From positions 1-64,000 of the forward strand of contig JAUCBJ010004675.1 in NCBI GenBank assembly GCA_032718475.1: a DNA stretch of 64,000 nucleotides, in the 5' to 3' direction. The notes under the pieces are model-generated. The model was not told the DNA's origin. It did no database searches and saw nothing but the letters and a program-made list of their open reading frames with translations. The DNA comes from Nemertoderma westbladi (lineage: Eukaryota; Animalia; Xenacoelomorpha). This document shows positions 11,281-24,179 of this stretch, in pieces. Position 1 is the first letter of the stretch. Every line of letters begins with the position of its first letter. A program made the translations under genes and the position numbers.

Positions 11281-11661
11281 AACTATATAGAATGCAAGTC
11301 ATTATAAAAAAAAATTACTTTAATTAACTTTCAATACCTCGGAGGTTTCAATACCTTAGTTTCCAAACCAAAGCCTACTCATACATTCTCATTATTGTTT
11401 CTGATATCATTTTACTACACATTCCTGAGTCCGACTGTGGTCGGACTCAGAAATGCAATTCAGATTTAACCTTTGTAATCAGAATTGGATAAGATCTGCA
11501 AATCTCATTTTTTTTTTTTTTTTATTTACAATGACCTTTGATCAGCGTGTGAGAACCTATTATTTGCTTAATATATATTGAAGTAGCTCCACGTGCATTA
11601 TAAGGAGTAAATTGTAACCTGGGGTAGTTGGTGGCCGCATTGATCCCTTTTTTATACTACT
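11281..11661 (-). repeat. Polinton right TIR
   Basis: Reverse complement of 619-876, with an extra ~120 bp (about 11389-11507) absent from the left arm. Confidence 0.85.
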
Positions 11662-12298
11662 GTGGGCCTTGATTGGTTAATGGGTAATAAGGGGTTGTAG
11701 CGCAGTGGAGATACCTACCTAATATAGCTGAACAGGAGTGTATAGGATAAACGGCTGTGAATGGGGGCAGCCACTAATGGTCGAATGAGTATATTGGAGA
11801 TGAGATAGATATTGGTTTGCAACAATAAGCTGGGAGAATGGGCGGTAATGTAATGATAATATATTTTTTATTGTTTGAGAGAGACCCGCCACTACAGTCC
11901 CCCTTAAAAATTTTCAAATTTTTACACGATATCTGGGCTTCCTCAAAACATCTTAAAAATTTCAAATAATCGAAGGAACATCTTGTCCCACTCAAATAAT
12001 ATTAATCTATGGCCTTTATATTTTACCTCGGTGGACGAACTGGACATACAAAACAACGATTACACACAGGACATACATTTAAAAGTATGGAGTTGCCATA
12101 CGAGTGAAACAGACGTACAGAAGACAACACATGTAACACATAGAGGACAAACATTTAAAAGTATGGATATACCATACAAAGGAGATAAGAAGCTCCTTGG
12201 TATCTAAAGGGTCATTGAAGGTCAAAGATTAACATTATTAATACAATACTTAAGGAAGGTAATATGTTCAGTAATGTATTTGTCGAAGTTAAGATACG

Positions 12299-13170
12299 TG
12301 TAATATCCAAATAATGTATCGTCAATTTTGTAAAATTAAGTTAAAATTGTTTATAATATATCTCATCTTAAGGACACTATGTAAATAGGAAACGATAAAC
12401 AATTATGACACAATGATTTAGGATTATAGATTAGGTTGTTAGGAGAGTGGTGATAGATTAGTTAGAGTAACTACTATAGGGTGAATAAATTCAAAATACT
12501 TATGAATTACACCACTACATTACATTGTTTACAATGTACCCTGTAAACTCGACCATCACCAATTGACACGGTTTATACTTAATAATATCTTTACCAATGG
12601 ATCTCTAGTTATAATTTTATAGTTCGTTGCTATAGTTCCATTTAACCGAGTTCAATATGCATCCTTCAGTGGTAGTCAACAAAGATGTGGACGACCATCA
12701 CATCATACCCAGGAATTTTGGTAGCCAAAACCTAAAAGGAAATTAAGGGAAATTATTTAATATTTGATAAGTATACAAAGTATGCTGGTTTATTAGTTAA
12801 TTAATTTTAGTAGTAGTTTATTGTTACTTATTTATTTCCTCTAAGAGGCATAGTTTATCAAGTGGTCTTTTGTAAACTCCCAAGGAGGTTTTTACTTCAA
12901 CTGATCTAATTAACCCCACATCATCAAGGTATACTTGTGTTATATGACCCACACTCCAACTACTGCGTGTTTGACCTTCATCTACAAGCAATACGACATC
13001 GCCTACTGCAAGGTTGTTGCGAACGCGTGTCCACTTCTGTCTTGATTGAAGTGTCACTAAGTATTCGCGTACCCAGCGAGTCCAAAAATGATTGGCTAGT
13101 AACTGAGCCTGGCGCCATTTACGAGTTGAGTATGTATCACTGTCGTAGATGGGACCTGGTGTCCTCCTTA
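12299..13170 (-). mobile_element. BEL/Pao retrotransposon 3' remnant (integrase C-terminal DUF5641-type domain, possible LTR 12702-12299)
   Basis: RKWRQAQLLANHFWTRWVREYL...VGDVVLL...RPLDKLCLLE at 12824-13170. The LTR limits (TGTG...TACA on the minus strand) are tentative. Confidence 0.75.
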
Positions 13171-13188
13171 AAAATTTGAGCTTACAAT

Positions 13189-14016
13189 ATGCAGCAATAT
13201 AAATCGCAAAATAATAATTATAACTATATATTAACATGTATTGATGCCTTCAGCCGGCTTGCTTTTGCTTATGGTATGAAAACAAAAACAGGTATTGAAA
13301 TTATTAGTATATTGCAAAAAATATTCCAAAAGGGTAAACCAAACAGAATCGCCACGGATCAAGGGTCTGAGTTTCTAAATAAATCTGTAAGGAAATATTT
13401 AGATACGTTAGGTATACAGTATTACGTAATGTACTCTGTGAATAAGGCGGCTATTGTTGAGAGATTCAATCGCACATTAAAAACAAAGATGTTCAAAATT
13501 TTCACGCAACGGGGAAATAATGTTTGGATAAAAATTTTACCAAAGCTCATTTATGCTTATAATAGGTCAGTTCATAGGACTATACAAATGATGCCCATTG
13601 AAGTTAATAAATTTAATGAAACTGAATTAATGAATAGATTATATGGGAAATATAGACAGATAAATCACAAGAAAATAAAATTTAAAGTTGGGGATACAGT
13701 ACGATTATCTATCGCTCGTACTGCTTTTGCTAAAGGCTATCGAGAACAATGGACACGAGAATTATTTATTATTCATCGGGTTAGATTGGATAGAGTACCA
13801 GTGGTAATGTTCGATATTAAGGACAGCGCTGGAGCTATAATAAATGGCTCATTTTATTCTCACGAACTCCAAAAGGTCCACCCGAATAGTAATATTTATC
13901 TTCCGATTGACAAAAATATTGACAAACTTAAAGAACGTGTACGCAATGGGAAGAAAGAATATTTAGTCCGATTCATTGGATCCAAGAAACAGTCGTGGGT
14001 ACAGCATATTCAATAA
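13189..14016 (+). pseudogene. Polinton rve integrase with chromo-like C-terminus, N-terminally truncated
   Basis: YILTCIDAFSR, TDQGSEF, VERFNRTLK, FKVGDTVR, EYLVRFIG...SWV. The first catalytic Asp (WQADL motif) is missing at the junction with the BEL remnant. Confidence 0.9.
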
Positions 14017-14261
14017 GCTTAGGTTTATACTGTATATTAATTCATTTTGGTCGCATATGACCATAATTAATCAATAATATTAACTCGAATGATATTACTA
14101 TATCTATAGTTGATCCGCTTTAAATAAAGTCAGTAAAATATTGATCCCTCGCATATATTGTAGATGCGACAATGAACGTGGTCACAGATGTCTATAATTT
14201 AACATTATACTGTATGTACAAAGAAGTCAAGTAGAGAGAGCGAGCTTAAATAATAATAATA

Positions 14262-15134
14262 ATGGCCACAGATACATATATCACTCTACTTTCAGATAGC
14301 TCATTAAACACTTATCCCAATAATAATCCTAGCGACTTTACTGTTGATTTAGCCGAAGAATTATATATTGGTCCAAACGCTAAAATTGGGCTTGCCGAGC
14401 TACAATACCAAGCAACATACAGTAATATTACACTGCAAACTCAAATCTCGCTGTCAATCGTGGTAGATGCAAAAGATGCCAAATTATATAGTTTATTTCC
14501 TGGTATGCATAGCTCTATTCAAGTGATTATTGATGATATAAATAAACTGTTTAATTCTGAAGCGAAATATAGAGATTTCGAATTCATTTTTAATACAAAT
14601 AATTCTAGAATTAAATTTAAATTTCCTAAAAAGTTGAAAAAAATACAATTAAGTCTACGCGGTGATTTAATACAAATTCTAGGCTTAAAAGCGTTATTGG
14701 ATCAGAATCATCCAGGTATTCCGAATTGGGATATATACAGTACCACTAAAGTAGATGAATTCAGCAATATAGAACAACCGATATTAATTTTAAATTATAG
14801 CGGACCAAAAATTTCAGAAATTGGGATTTTAGATTTTCCTGATCCCACGAATATAACACGCAATAAAGATACAATCTTCATATATACTGATATTATTAAG
14901 ACCTCATTTGTTGGTGATGCTTTAGCTCCGCTCTTAAGAACCTGTCCATTAACACAATTAAATCGAAAATATATTAATCACGAATACGAGAGCATTTGCT
15001 ACTACCCATTGTTGAATAAAAAACTAAAAACAATATTAATTACTTTACGTGACGGGCAAGGCGAATTAATTAATTTTAGCGGAGGTAGCACTATTATAAC
15101 ACTTAAGTTAATACGTGGTGGCAGTGATGGATGA
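14262..15134 (+). CDS. Polinton minor capsid (penton) protein 1
   Basis: N-terminal YITLLSDSS..YPNN.PSDF.V.L and C-terminal FIYTDII...VGD...PLLR...YYPL...I.ITLRD..G..INF.GG signatures. Confidence 0.8.
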   Translation: MATDTYITLLSDSSLNTYPNNNPSDFTVDLAEELYIGPNAKIGLAELQYQATYSNITLQTQISLSIVVDAKDAKLYSLFPGMHSSIQVIIDDINKLFNSEAKYRDFEFIFNTNNSRIKFKFPKKLKKIQLSLRGDLIQILGLKALLDQNHPGIPNWDIYSTTKVDEFSNIEQPILILNYSGPKISEIGILDFPDPTNITRNKDTIFIYTDIIKTSFVGDALAPLLRTCPLTQLNRKYINHEYESICYYPLLNKKLKTILITLRDGQGELINFSGGSTIITLKLIRGGSDG

Positions 15135-15965
15135 GTTCTATGTCAGACTACAGAGTAATTCCTGTCCAATTGATTTTCCCCGCAATAGTGCTAGTAATTA
15201 TCAAATTAATTTCCATGGCGCCTTACCTATAAACCCAAACGAAAACTGGGTGGTAGGTATAAAAAGTATATTTTACTTAGCTACGTTGCCGTCAATGTAT
15301 AACAATGTAGAGAATGTTATTTTATTAAAAAAGGGGAAAAAAAATTTTGTGGATACACTTCCATCCGGTTTGTTCTACAGTATCAATGACATTATAGATT
15401 ATTTTAACACGGGGGCGTTGAAAGATAAATTACAAATAGTTGAAAATACTCAGCAAAATAGGTTGCAATTTATTTTAGGGAAAGCAGTGCGAGAGTTATT
15501 TATAGGTCAACAATTAGCCTATTATTTTGGATTTACTGAAAATAATCTCGGTGCGAATTTAAATCCAAATTTTAAAATTATTTTGAAGATGAAAAATAAC
15601 ATAAAGGGTTATTTAATAAAGATTATCGGAAATGGAGAAAAAGCTTACCAGATAGTATTTTTATGCCCTCAACCACCCAATTCTATTCCAGAACCTAAGT
15701 CGAACATGTATGTGACTACTAATATAATTGAAAATCAATATATTAATGACTTTGGTTTAGCTTTACTTCGTCGTGTCGCGATACCTGATGACGTGAAATA
15801 TGGTAGTGTAATAAATAAAGAATTTGCAATTCACTGGATACAATTCATTATATCCCTGTAAAAAAATCATATAAGATAACATACATTCATATTGAAATAA
15901 CAGACGAAGAAGGAAAATATTTAAATTTTGAATACGGGACAACATCTATTACATTACACTTAAAT
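15127..15965 (+). pseudogene. Polinton minor capsid (penton) paralog 2, frameshifted
   Basis: MDEFYVRLQSNS...FPRNSASNY...WVVGI. After a frameshift at ~15830 (CAATTCA duplication) it continues HYIPV...IEITDEEGKYLNFEYG..SITLHFK. Confidence 0.72.
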
Positions 15966-16026
15966 TACATTACATTATTACATTAATATTGATATTTACA
16001 TTGATATTACATTACACTAAATTAAA

Positions 16027-16587
16027 ATGGATTCTGATTTATTTCAAAGATACAGTAAACCTCAATATGGTGGGGCAGACTCTAATCTTGCTGTTTTTAA
16101 AGGCGGTAGAAGTACGAGAGGTTCGACGCAAGTTCCTGTTTTTCGAGGTGGTTCATATATTGACCCTTACGGTCAACAAATTGGTGCATTTGGTCCAAAC
16201 TTAAAACAACGTCGTTTTCAACGTTATCCTAGAGGTATGCGGGCAAATCAACACGGAGAAGGTATATTTACAGACGCTTTATCCACATTGAAAAAATTTG
16301 GTAAGCCATTAGCCAAAAAAGTGTTACAAAAAGCTTTACCATTTACCACAAAATTTATGAGACAACACGTAATACCAAAAGGTAAGCGGGTCTTACATCA
16401 GCAGGCTAATACGGTTATTAATAAAGCATTAAATAAAATGAAACCGTCAACAAGGTCAGTTGTAGAAAAAGTTTATAGAGATTTAAAGCGACCCGCTAGA
16501 CCAATGTCTATGAACATACATCATCGACGTAGTAAAAAAAGAAATATAAAAGGCAAACTGAAACACTGCGAAAAAAGTATTTTTTAA
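16027..16587 (+). CDS. Basic pX/pVII-like core protein with GG-type protease sites
   Basis: QYGG, FKGG, FRGG and QHGEGIF followed by an amphipathic helix; K/R-rich; lies between penton and MCP. Confidence 0.65.
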   Translation: MDSDLFQRYSKPQYGGADSNLAVFKGGRSTRGSTQVPVFRGGSYIDPYGQQIGAFGPNLKQRRFQRYPRGMRANQHGEGIFTDALSTLKKFGKPLAKKVLQKALPFTTKFMRQHVIPKGKRVLHQQANTVINKALNKMKPSTRSVVEKVYRDLKRPARPMSMNIHHRRSKKRNIKGKLKHCEKSIF

Positions 16588-16589
16588 TA

Positions 16590-16680
16590 ATGTCAATTAT
16601 TAAGGAATTAGATTTATTTTCTACACAGCCAATACAGACTGAATTTAAAGCAAAGCATTATGAAACAATTTATCCTCCAC
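16590..16680 (+). pseudogene. N-terminal stub of a Polinton major capsid protein
   Basis: ATG 16590 gives MSIIKELDLFSTQPIQTEFKAKHYETIYP, matching the ELDLF..P.QT.......HP start of Maverick MCPs. Similarity ends abruptly. Confidence 0.65.
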
Positions 16681-18344
16681 TTGAAGGTTATGACTTAGAG
16701 TTATTTTATCCATGGTGCAGGCCGCATTGACAGCGCAATGGTAGTTAATCCCGGGAATCCTGTTGTGCGGTCCATAGTGGTTGCAAAATTTAGACATATC
16801 ATTTAAGTATAGACGGTGTACTGCTCCCTTTAAATAGGTGGTTTCATCTGGTATTTGGTAATCCACTACTCTACAGAAGTAGGCCAACTCAAACAGCAAG
16901 TCGAAAACGTCGAATTTAGACAAGTTTTCTATACGCTTATTGATGGTTAAAGATTGTATTTTCTGACTAGCCAGAGTCGTACCGCCTGTTCTCACTAGGC
17001 GATAGGAGACGATATTTTCAATATTTCTAGGGCGGTAATTCCCAGTAATAATCTCTTCTTTCCCTTTGGTATTGTATAAAGTAATCTTAAATCCAGAGCC
17101 GACATGCAAATGAGGGACGCTAATGTCCAATTCAGGCACTATATATAGTAATGTGTTCGTTCCCGTGGGATAATCGAGAAGACACACCAAAAAGTGTTTT
17201 GATAGTTGATAATTCTACTTAATCTCCTAGTTCACTACTTACAAAACTTCGTAAAGATTTCCCTTGAATCGTATCATTTGTTATTAATTTAAACAATTTG
17301 GATTTGCGTTCGTGTTCTACGGCCTCAAACGCTATATGATAGTTGCGCTTTAACTTATTGATGGCCATTGGCTTTACTGAGATACAGTCTTGTCTAACAT
17401 CGAAGTTAATATCGAAGGATCTAGACGCAAAAAGATAACTGACATCAAACATGCCATCTACCATTTTCTTGGAGGTCAGGATACTTTTGGATCTAGCGGT
17501 GATGAGCTGCCGGACTTTCTCTGCAGCCACAGTGCTGTCGAGGAAACCGAATTGGGAAAGGATATCCTTTGCCTGTTCAAAGGCGACGACCCCATCCTTG
17601 GTGGTTATTGGCGGAGCAGTTTCCGGCCAAGCTATCTGCCACAGGAGAGCGTCTGTGTCCGCAATAGGAACATCCAGGTTAACTTCTCTGATTATCCGGG
17701 CCTTACAGGGGCTTTGGGTGTGTTTGGTCACAGTATATTTGAAATTTAAGACATTTTTCACGGTTTTGAGCTCGAAGTGTAACACCTTCTTGACGACTTA
17801 TTTATCCGCAGGTTGGCCATGGAAGGCCCACCAGTCCGCAACAGCAAATGGTGCTCTTTGTGTATCCTCACTGTAGGGGTTTCCCCATGACACCTTCTCT
17901 TCCGGCGTTGCGTTTATGGGGCATTTGAATTCGATACCATTCCATGTGGAAGGGATATGATCCAAATTGGCAACCTTGGCCGATATAGGCCTTTTTCGGG
18001 ACATTTTGGACATCAACTCGAGACCTGGTTGGGTAGAAGTCTTCACTGAACCAACAGAGTTTATTAGTCTGATCTCGTCGAGCTTGATGTTATATAGGGA
18101 GGGATCCTCCCTATACGCACTCAGTACGTGTTGCAATCCCTTTAACCGGGAAGAGTTAACAGTTGTCATTATTAAACCTCTTGCTATTGCTATTGTTGGA
18201 TACAAACCGAGCTTTAGCAACTGTCGGAGACAGGCCAATATTATGACTGTGACATAAACATTCCCTCCCTGTTGATAAATCTAAGGAGATAGTCTGTGTG
18301 GGAAGAACCCACAACTCAAATGTCTTGAATGTGGTCGCGTTCAC
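16645..18344 (-). pseudogene. Disrupted unknown gene(s), probably Polinton accessory
   Basis: Collinear ORFs of 62, 146, 188 and 181 aa. The 146- and 188-aa ORFs are in frame across one TAA (17798-17800). No recognisable motif. Confidence 0.45.
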
Positions 18345-19050
18345 ATCGAGGAACTGAGTGTAATGAATTACGAGTATGTGGCATTATTCGAGATTTGTAA
18401 TGGTAGTTATCTACATATAAAATAAGTGCATTCCTTTTATATGAGATGGTTCTTTTATAGGAGATAAACATTGAAGAAGAAACAACTATTTGGTACAGTG
18501 CATTTATTATTTACAAGGAAGAAATTTGTTTTAGTTACAATTAATTATAACTTTAGCTTGATCAGCATACTTTGTCATGATGAGTTCACCAAAGCCTAAC
18601 TAACCATTGGGTTTAAAGCCAATAATTAAATACGGCAGTGATTTTTTATGTCCTTTTATTTGACTTTTTTTCCTCCTTTTTTTACGAATTATGCATAATG
18701 ACTTTTGTTGTCCTTTTAATGACTTTTATTGTCCTTTTAATGACTTTTTCTGTATGTATTTATTCAAACTGTCAGACTGCTGATTTCTGGACTGTCAGAC
18801 AGTTGATTTCAACATGCCTATGCCAAAACATTCAAAATTTGTTAATTTCTGGTCTGTCGGACAGTTGGTTTCACTATGCCTGTGCCAAAACATCCTATGA
18901 TTCCATGATTTATAGACTATGAGATAGAATTCCATATGCGCCTGTGGTAAAAGACTCTAAATTTAATAGTTTGTGGTTGTTGTCGATAATCGATTACCAC
19001 ATGACGTAGCAAAACACTCATTTTATAGCCAAAAACAATTACCAATTGAT

Positions 19051-19503
19051 GGAAAGGAGCAGGTTAAGGCCGGATTTTCTAACCAAAACAATAAACAGTT
19101 ACTTTACCAAATCAGGGAAAGGAGCAGGTTACAGAGGTGGGATTTTCTAACCAAAACAATAAACGATCATTTAACTAATTGAGGGAAAGGAGCAGGTTAC
19201 AGAGACGGGATTTTCTAACCAAAACAATAAATGATAACATTACCAATTGTGAGAAAGGAGCAGGTTACAGAGGCAGGATTTCCTAACCAAAACAATAAAC
19301 GATCACTTAATTAATTGAGGGAAAGGGGCAGGTTACAGAGGCGGGATATTCTAACCAAAACAATAAACAGTCACTTTTACAAAATGAAGGAAAGGAGCAG
19401 GTTACAGAGGCGGGCCTTTCTAACCAAAACAATAAACGGTCACTTTACCAAATCAGGCAAAGGAGCAGGTTACAGACGAGGCGGGATATTCTAACCAAAA
19501 CAA
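19051..19503. repeat. ~68-bp tandem repeat, ~7 copies
   Basis: GAAAGGAGCAGGTTACAGAGGCGGGATTTTCTAACCAAAACAATAAAC core at ~68-bp spacing. Confidence 0.9.
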
Positions 19504-20447
19504 CCAGTCAGCCGGTTGGCCTACCAGTACCGTATTTAAATGGTAGGCTACACAGTAGGCCTGCAGCAGTACTGGTGCCGGTACCGGTACTAAAATACAG
19601 AAATGCCTGCTTTATACCTACATCTGTACATACAATACAGCAAAATAGTGCTATATATACTAATACCGGTACTGATAGCCTGAGAGAACAGCAGTAGAGA
19701 AACCGGTAGCATGGAACCTAACATTCGATTTTTGGAGAACATAAAAAATAAAAAATAAAAAGGACAAAAAAAGGATTTAAACGGACAATAAAAATTATTG
19801 CGATTAAATACACATTGAAGCAAGTGCTTTGCTTCAAGGGTAGCTAATCAATCTTCTTGCCTGAAACATTAGCTTGAGTGTAATGAGGTTCAAAATTTGA
19901 TATTTTTTATGTTGTGATCAGGCTACTGAATAATTTGAATCATCAGAATGAGTTAAACAAAATGTCTAAACATAATACCATCCTTTGAGTTTATGCTCAT
20001 CTGGTCAGAGATTTAAACGATCAAAAAGCATATAAAAATAAGTAATTTAAGATGCACAAATTTATACGTGCATTAACATAAATTACTATTTAATTTACAG
20101 CACACACAACAGAGCAATAGGGCACAATGCTGCGAAGTGTTATCTTGTAGCAATATGAGGCTTTCACTAATGCCCTAATAATATATCAGATTACAGTTTA
20201 ATTTAGGTGAGAAATCAGTTGAACTTTGGTTCAATTTTCTCCTGAAGAAGTTTTCATCTTGATTACATTGAAAGTTCCACCATATATGAAAGTTGTTCTC
20301 TAATTTCAATAGTAAATTTGAAAAAAAAAATAAAGATTTGATATAATAGTTAATTAAGTTAAGAAAAAGTGAATAAAGTAAAAAATTTGTGGTCCTTTTT
20401 TAAGTAAAATATAAATCCTTTCCTAACCTTCATCTTTAATTCATCCA

Positions 20448-20626
20448 TTGGTACGTAACTGTCAGGGTCAGTGAATGGTACGTAACTGTCAGGGTCAGTG
20501 AATGTGTTCTAATAGATATCCCCTGTCCAACCAGCTACCCCATAGATTCCGTTTAGATATCCCCTGTCCAACCAGCTACCCCCATAGATTCCGTTTAGAT
20601 ATCCTCTGTCCAACCAGCTACCCCAT
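20448..20626. repeat. 27-bp x2 and ~41-bp x3 short tandem repeats
   Basis: TGGTACGTAACTGTCAGGGTCAGTGAA twice; TAGATATCCCCTGTCCAACCAGCTACCCCATAGATTCCGTT three times, with the last unit completed at 22527-22550. Confidence 0.85.
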
Positions 20627-22526
20627 TCATGCCCCATGCATTCTTAACATTCCTGGGAGACTTTAATGCAAGTCTGCATCAATCACCTACATCGCCCTGG
20701 GTCTATAGCAATAGTGTTAACCGAAATTCTGTCCATCTTCAGGATTTTATCTCTGGAAGTGGATTGTTTTCGGCTGGAACCCAGTTCAAGAAGCGAACTG
20801 GAAAGCTATGGACTCATAGTGGACCCAGTGGTCACAACTCCCAGATAGACCATATTCTGTTTCGTAGGAAATACAGGAGCTCTATATAAGACTGTAATGC
20901 ATTTACACTTCGACCCTTCTCCAGTGATCACCGCCTTATTGTGGCCAAGGTAAGACTTAGTCTGCGTGCTAGCAGAACAACGAAATCTGCCTTGCCGCGG
21001 CATGACTGGTCCTCTCTGTTGCAACAGCCAAGTGTGAGATCCAGCTTCACACTACAGCTGAGCAACAGGTATGAGGCTCTTGCCTCTGAGGCGGCAGATC
21101 ACTGCGAGGGCTATACTGCCTTTACAGAAGCAGTTAAGTTAGCTGCTGCAGAAACAGTTCCTGTATACCCTCGAAACAGGAAAAGGGCCCCCTGGACTGA
21201 CAACAAAATTCAAAAGTGTCGAAATGACCTTCATAAGGCGCAGAAAGAGTCCCGACTCAAACAGACTACAGCGGCCAAGAATGCAGTTAAGGCTGCATCT
21301 AGGTCCATGAACAGGCAGTACTCTGTTAATCTACAGGAGCTAATAAACCAACAGGTTGATGCCATCAATGATGCTGACGACAGCAGGCAATGATCCCAGG
21401 CATGGAAATCGATCAATCTGCTTACTGGGCGGAAAAGCCAACCAACCACCAAGGTTAAGGCTGAATCACCAGCCGATCACCTCAATGGTTGGAAAGCCCA
21501 CTTTGAAAAGCTCCTCAATAATGACAGGGTATTGCCTGATAACTTTATAGAAGTCTGACACACTTGCACCATTCTTGTTCATTATTGTGGTTGACTATGT
21601 TCTACGCATGTCCTTAGATCATCATAATGATGATGGGGTGATGATAACTCCACCTACTGACTCCAGAAGTCGAGGAAATCCTGCCAAGTACCTAACTGAT
21701 CTAGACTTTGCTGATGACTTTGGAGTACTCTCAGAATCATTAGAGGGAGCCCAACGACACCTCAGCTCATTAGAACATGCTGCTTCTAGTGTTGGTCTTT
21801 TTATTAACTCCAGAAAGACCAAAATTCTGACAGTTAACTTTGAAAGTCCTCAGCAAGTCTCTGATCGGATGAGCATAAGCTCAAAGGATGGTATGCTTGA
21901 GCATGTGGACGACTTCTGTTACCTGGGATCATGGATCGGGAAGTCAGGTGAGGACCTTCGAATATGTAAGGGAAAGGCATGGGCAGCCTTGAATAGCCTT
22001 TCCAGGATTTGGAAGTCACCGAGAATTAATCGGAAACTTAAGGTCCGATTATTTAGAGCAGCAGTAGTTCCAGTACTCCTCTACGGGAGTAAATACTGGG
22101 CTCTAACTGCTGAGGACACCAAATCTCTGGATGGCACATTCACAAGAATGCTACGCCGGGTTCATTGTGTCAAGTACAATGCACACATCTCCAACCAGAC
22201 ACTATATAACATTGGAGGTGTCTCATTGGTTCCCCCAAGCTTGACACTAGAACAAAATCGCCTCCGCTTTGCAGGACATTGCTTTTGCCGTGAGGACCAG
22301 CCAGTGCATAATCTTTTTCTTTGGCAGCCTCATGGAGTGAATAAGCATGGTGGACAGCCCATGACTTTCTTGAGACGCATCTTAAAGGACACTGGCCTTA
22401 AAGATGCGGATGATCTAGCAAATGTCATGGGTGATAGGGAGTTGTGGCGGTGCAATTTTGTTGACAAGCCGGCACAGCATTCTTAAAAATACAGCTGCAA
22501 TGCAGCATGCCGATCCTAGTAGTAGT
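20627..22526 (+). mobile_element. RTE-type LINE, 5'-truncated, internally deleted, with TSD
   Basis: APE (LGDFNA, QIDHIL, SDH) and RT (DLDFADD, YLGS). Stops at 20887 and 21391, deletion at ~21555, (TAG)n tail. TSD AGCTACCCCAT at 20616-20626 and 22527-22537. Confidence 0.9.
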
Positions 22527-24179
22527 AGCTACCCCATAGATGCCGTTTAGGTTATAGAAGGCACACCACTGATACTACCAATCTCCTTTATGGATGGTGG
22601 CACAGTTTCCAAGGGACCGATCATTATCTCTATTGTACGAGGAGATAGGGGATCCATTGAGGTAGACACTCTCACCAGGACTCCCAAAAAGTATTAAGTC
22701 AAAAGCCGTACTGTTTAATCCAGTGAAACCACCAAGAGGTACTCTCTATAGCCGAGTGGGGGCACTTTTAATTAATGTAACCCCAAAATGAAAAAATATC
22801 ATAACCCTCTATCAAATAAAATAAAATAAAATTTATTATAAGGTAGGTGAGTACAATTTATGGTGCGAATTGGTGCTTATATTTGTGTGAGTATGTGGGT
22901 TTGGCCCCTTTTTATAAAGTAACATTATATACATGAAAGCTTTCACTAGAACCGTTAAGGTTCACGAGTCAGCAAGTTTCACTTAAATACTTGGAATTTA
23001 ATTTGGGTGGGGAGGAGGGGGGGGGGGGGTTCGATGAATATTTTATTGGTGGTTTATGCTTAGTTCTCGAGATAACCTTCTACTCACTCCTCAAAAATCC
23101 TGAAACCAGTTCAGCTAGGTGTGTTGGATTGGCTGTGTTAGCACGGCCGGGTTGATTTGAGTACTCCTACAGACATTACCCTCCCTGTCAGTGTGTGGTC
23201 CATACATCCGGTAAGCAACCGAGGGTGCACTCTCTAAAGCCGAGTGGGGGCAATTTATAATAATAACTGGTAATCACAAACCCCGTCCTCTTATAAGTAA
23301 GTAGTTAAATGAGCGAATTTGGTTTGGTTTTCTTAATCTATCATAATTTAGGAGTAAATGAGATGGTTTTAGACCCAATTGATAAAGTAACATTATTATT
23401 CATTATTAGCGTGATATAAGATTTATTAGAGTGATATAAGATTTTGAGTGAAATACATAATTTGTAATTATCTTCTGATTTAGTTGAGTCAAATGTACCT
23501 TAGTAAGTTATTATAAGTCCTATTCAAAATTCATAATTGATTAAATTTATACAAGTTGCAATATGGCCCTCGCAAAATTATCTTCGAAATTACAAACTTT
23601 TAGAATAAAAATCTCCGAAATATTGTTCTTCAATAAAATAATATGCCATCTACAATTTTTCAAAAAATTTAAGCAAACTAATTTTTTACAGTTTTTTTAG
23701 GTGACATACATATATAATATGTATGTCCAAACTTCCCCAAAAAATGAGTTTGAATATAATATTATGGACCTGATACTAACTTTTAGCTGCGAAACAAATT
23801 TTTTATAACATTCAATGATGGTTTTATTTTGCGACTTTTTATATTTGAGTAATGTAACTTACATACACAGGTATTGAATAGTGACCGAATGAGCACATTT
23901 ACCGTATTGTAAGCAAATTAATTAATTTTTTTAGGTTTTCTTGGTGTGGCCATATGGTTGATATTAGAATCAACTACATCAAGCTATATTATTTTATTTA
24001 ATTATACTCATTTTATAATTATAATTGGCAGTATTATTATTATTTACGCAGAAACCGCATCTGAAAATTGTAGCCTTTTACATACTGCTTTACTAGTGTC
24101 TGGAATACAGTCAAAAATCGAATTTATTCGGTACATACTAAAACATAAAACAACCTGAAACAAGATAAACAACATGAAC

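Larger units (their letters stand above)
619..11661 (+). mobile_element. Polinton/Maverick, internally reduced (pPolB + protease only), carrying a nested 6.2-kb insertion
   Basis: Termini AGTAGTAT (619) and ATACTACT (11661). Identical 6-bp flanks GTGGGC at 613-618 and 11662-11667. Long imperfect TIRs. Encodes protein-primed PolB and an adenain-like protease. Confidence 0.88.

Noticed and set aside
619-18344. One continuous autonomous Polinton
   Set aside because: The TSD and terminus close the first element at 11661, a BEL remnant intervenes, no ATPase was found, and no second terminus was found.
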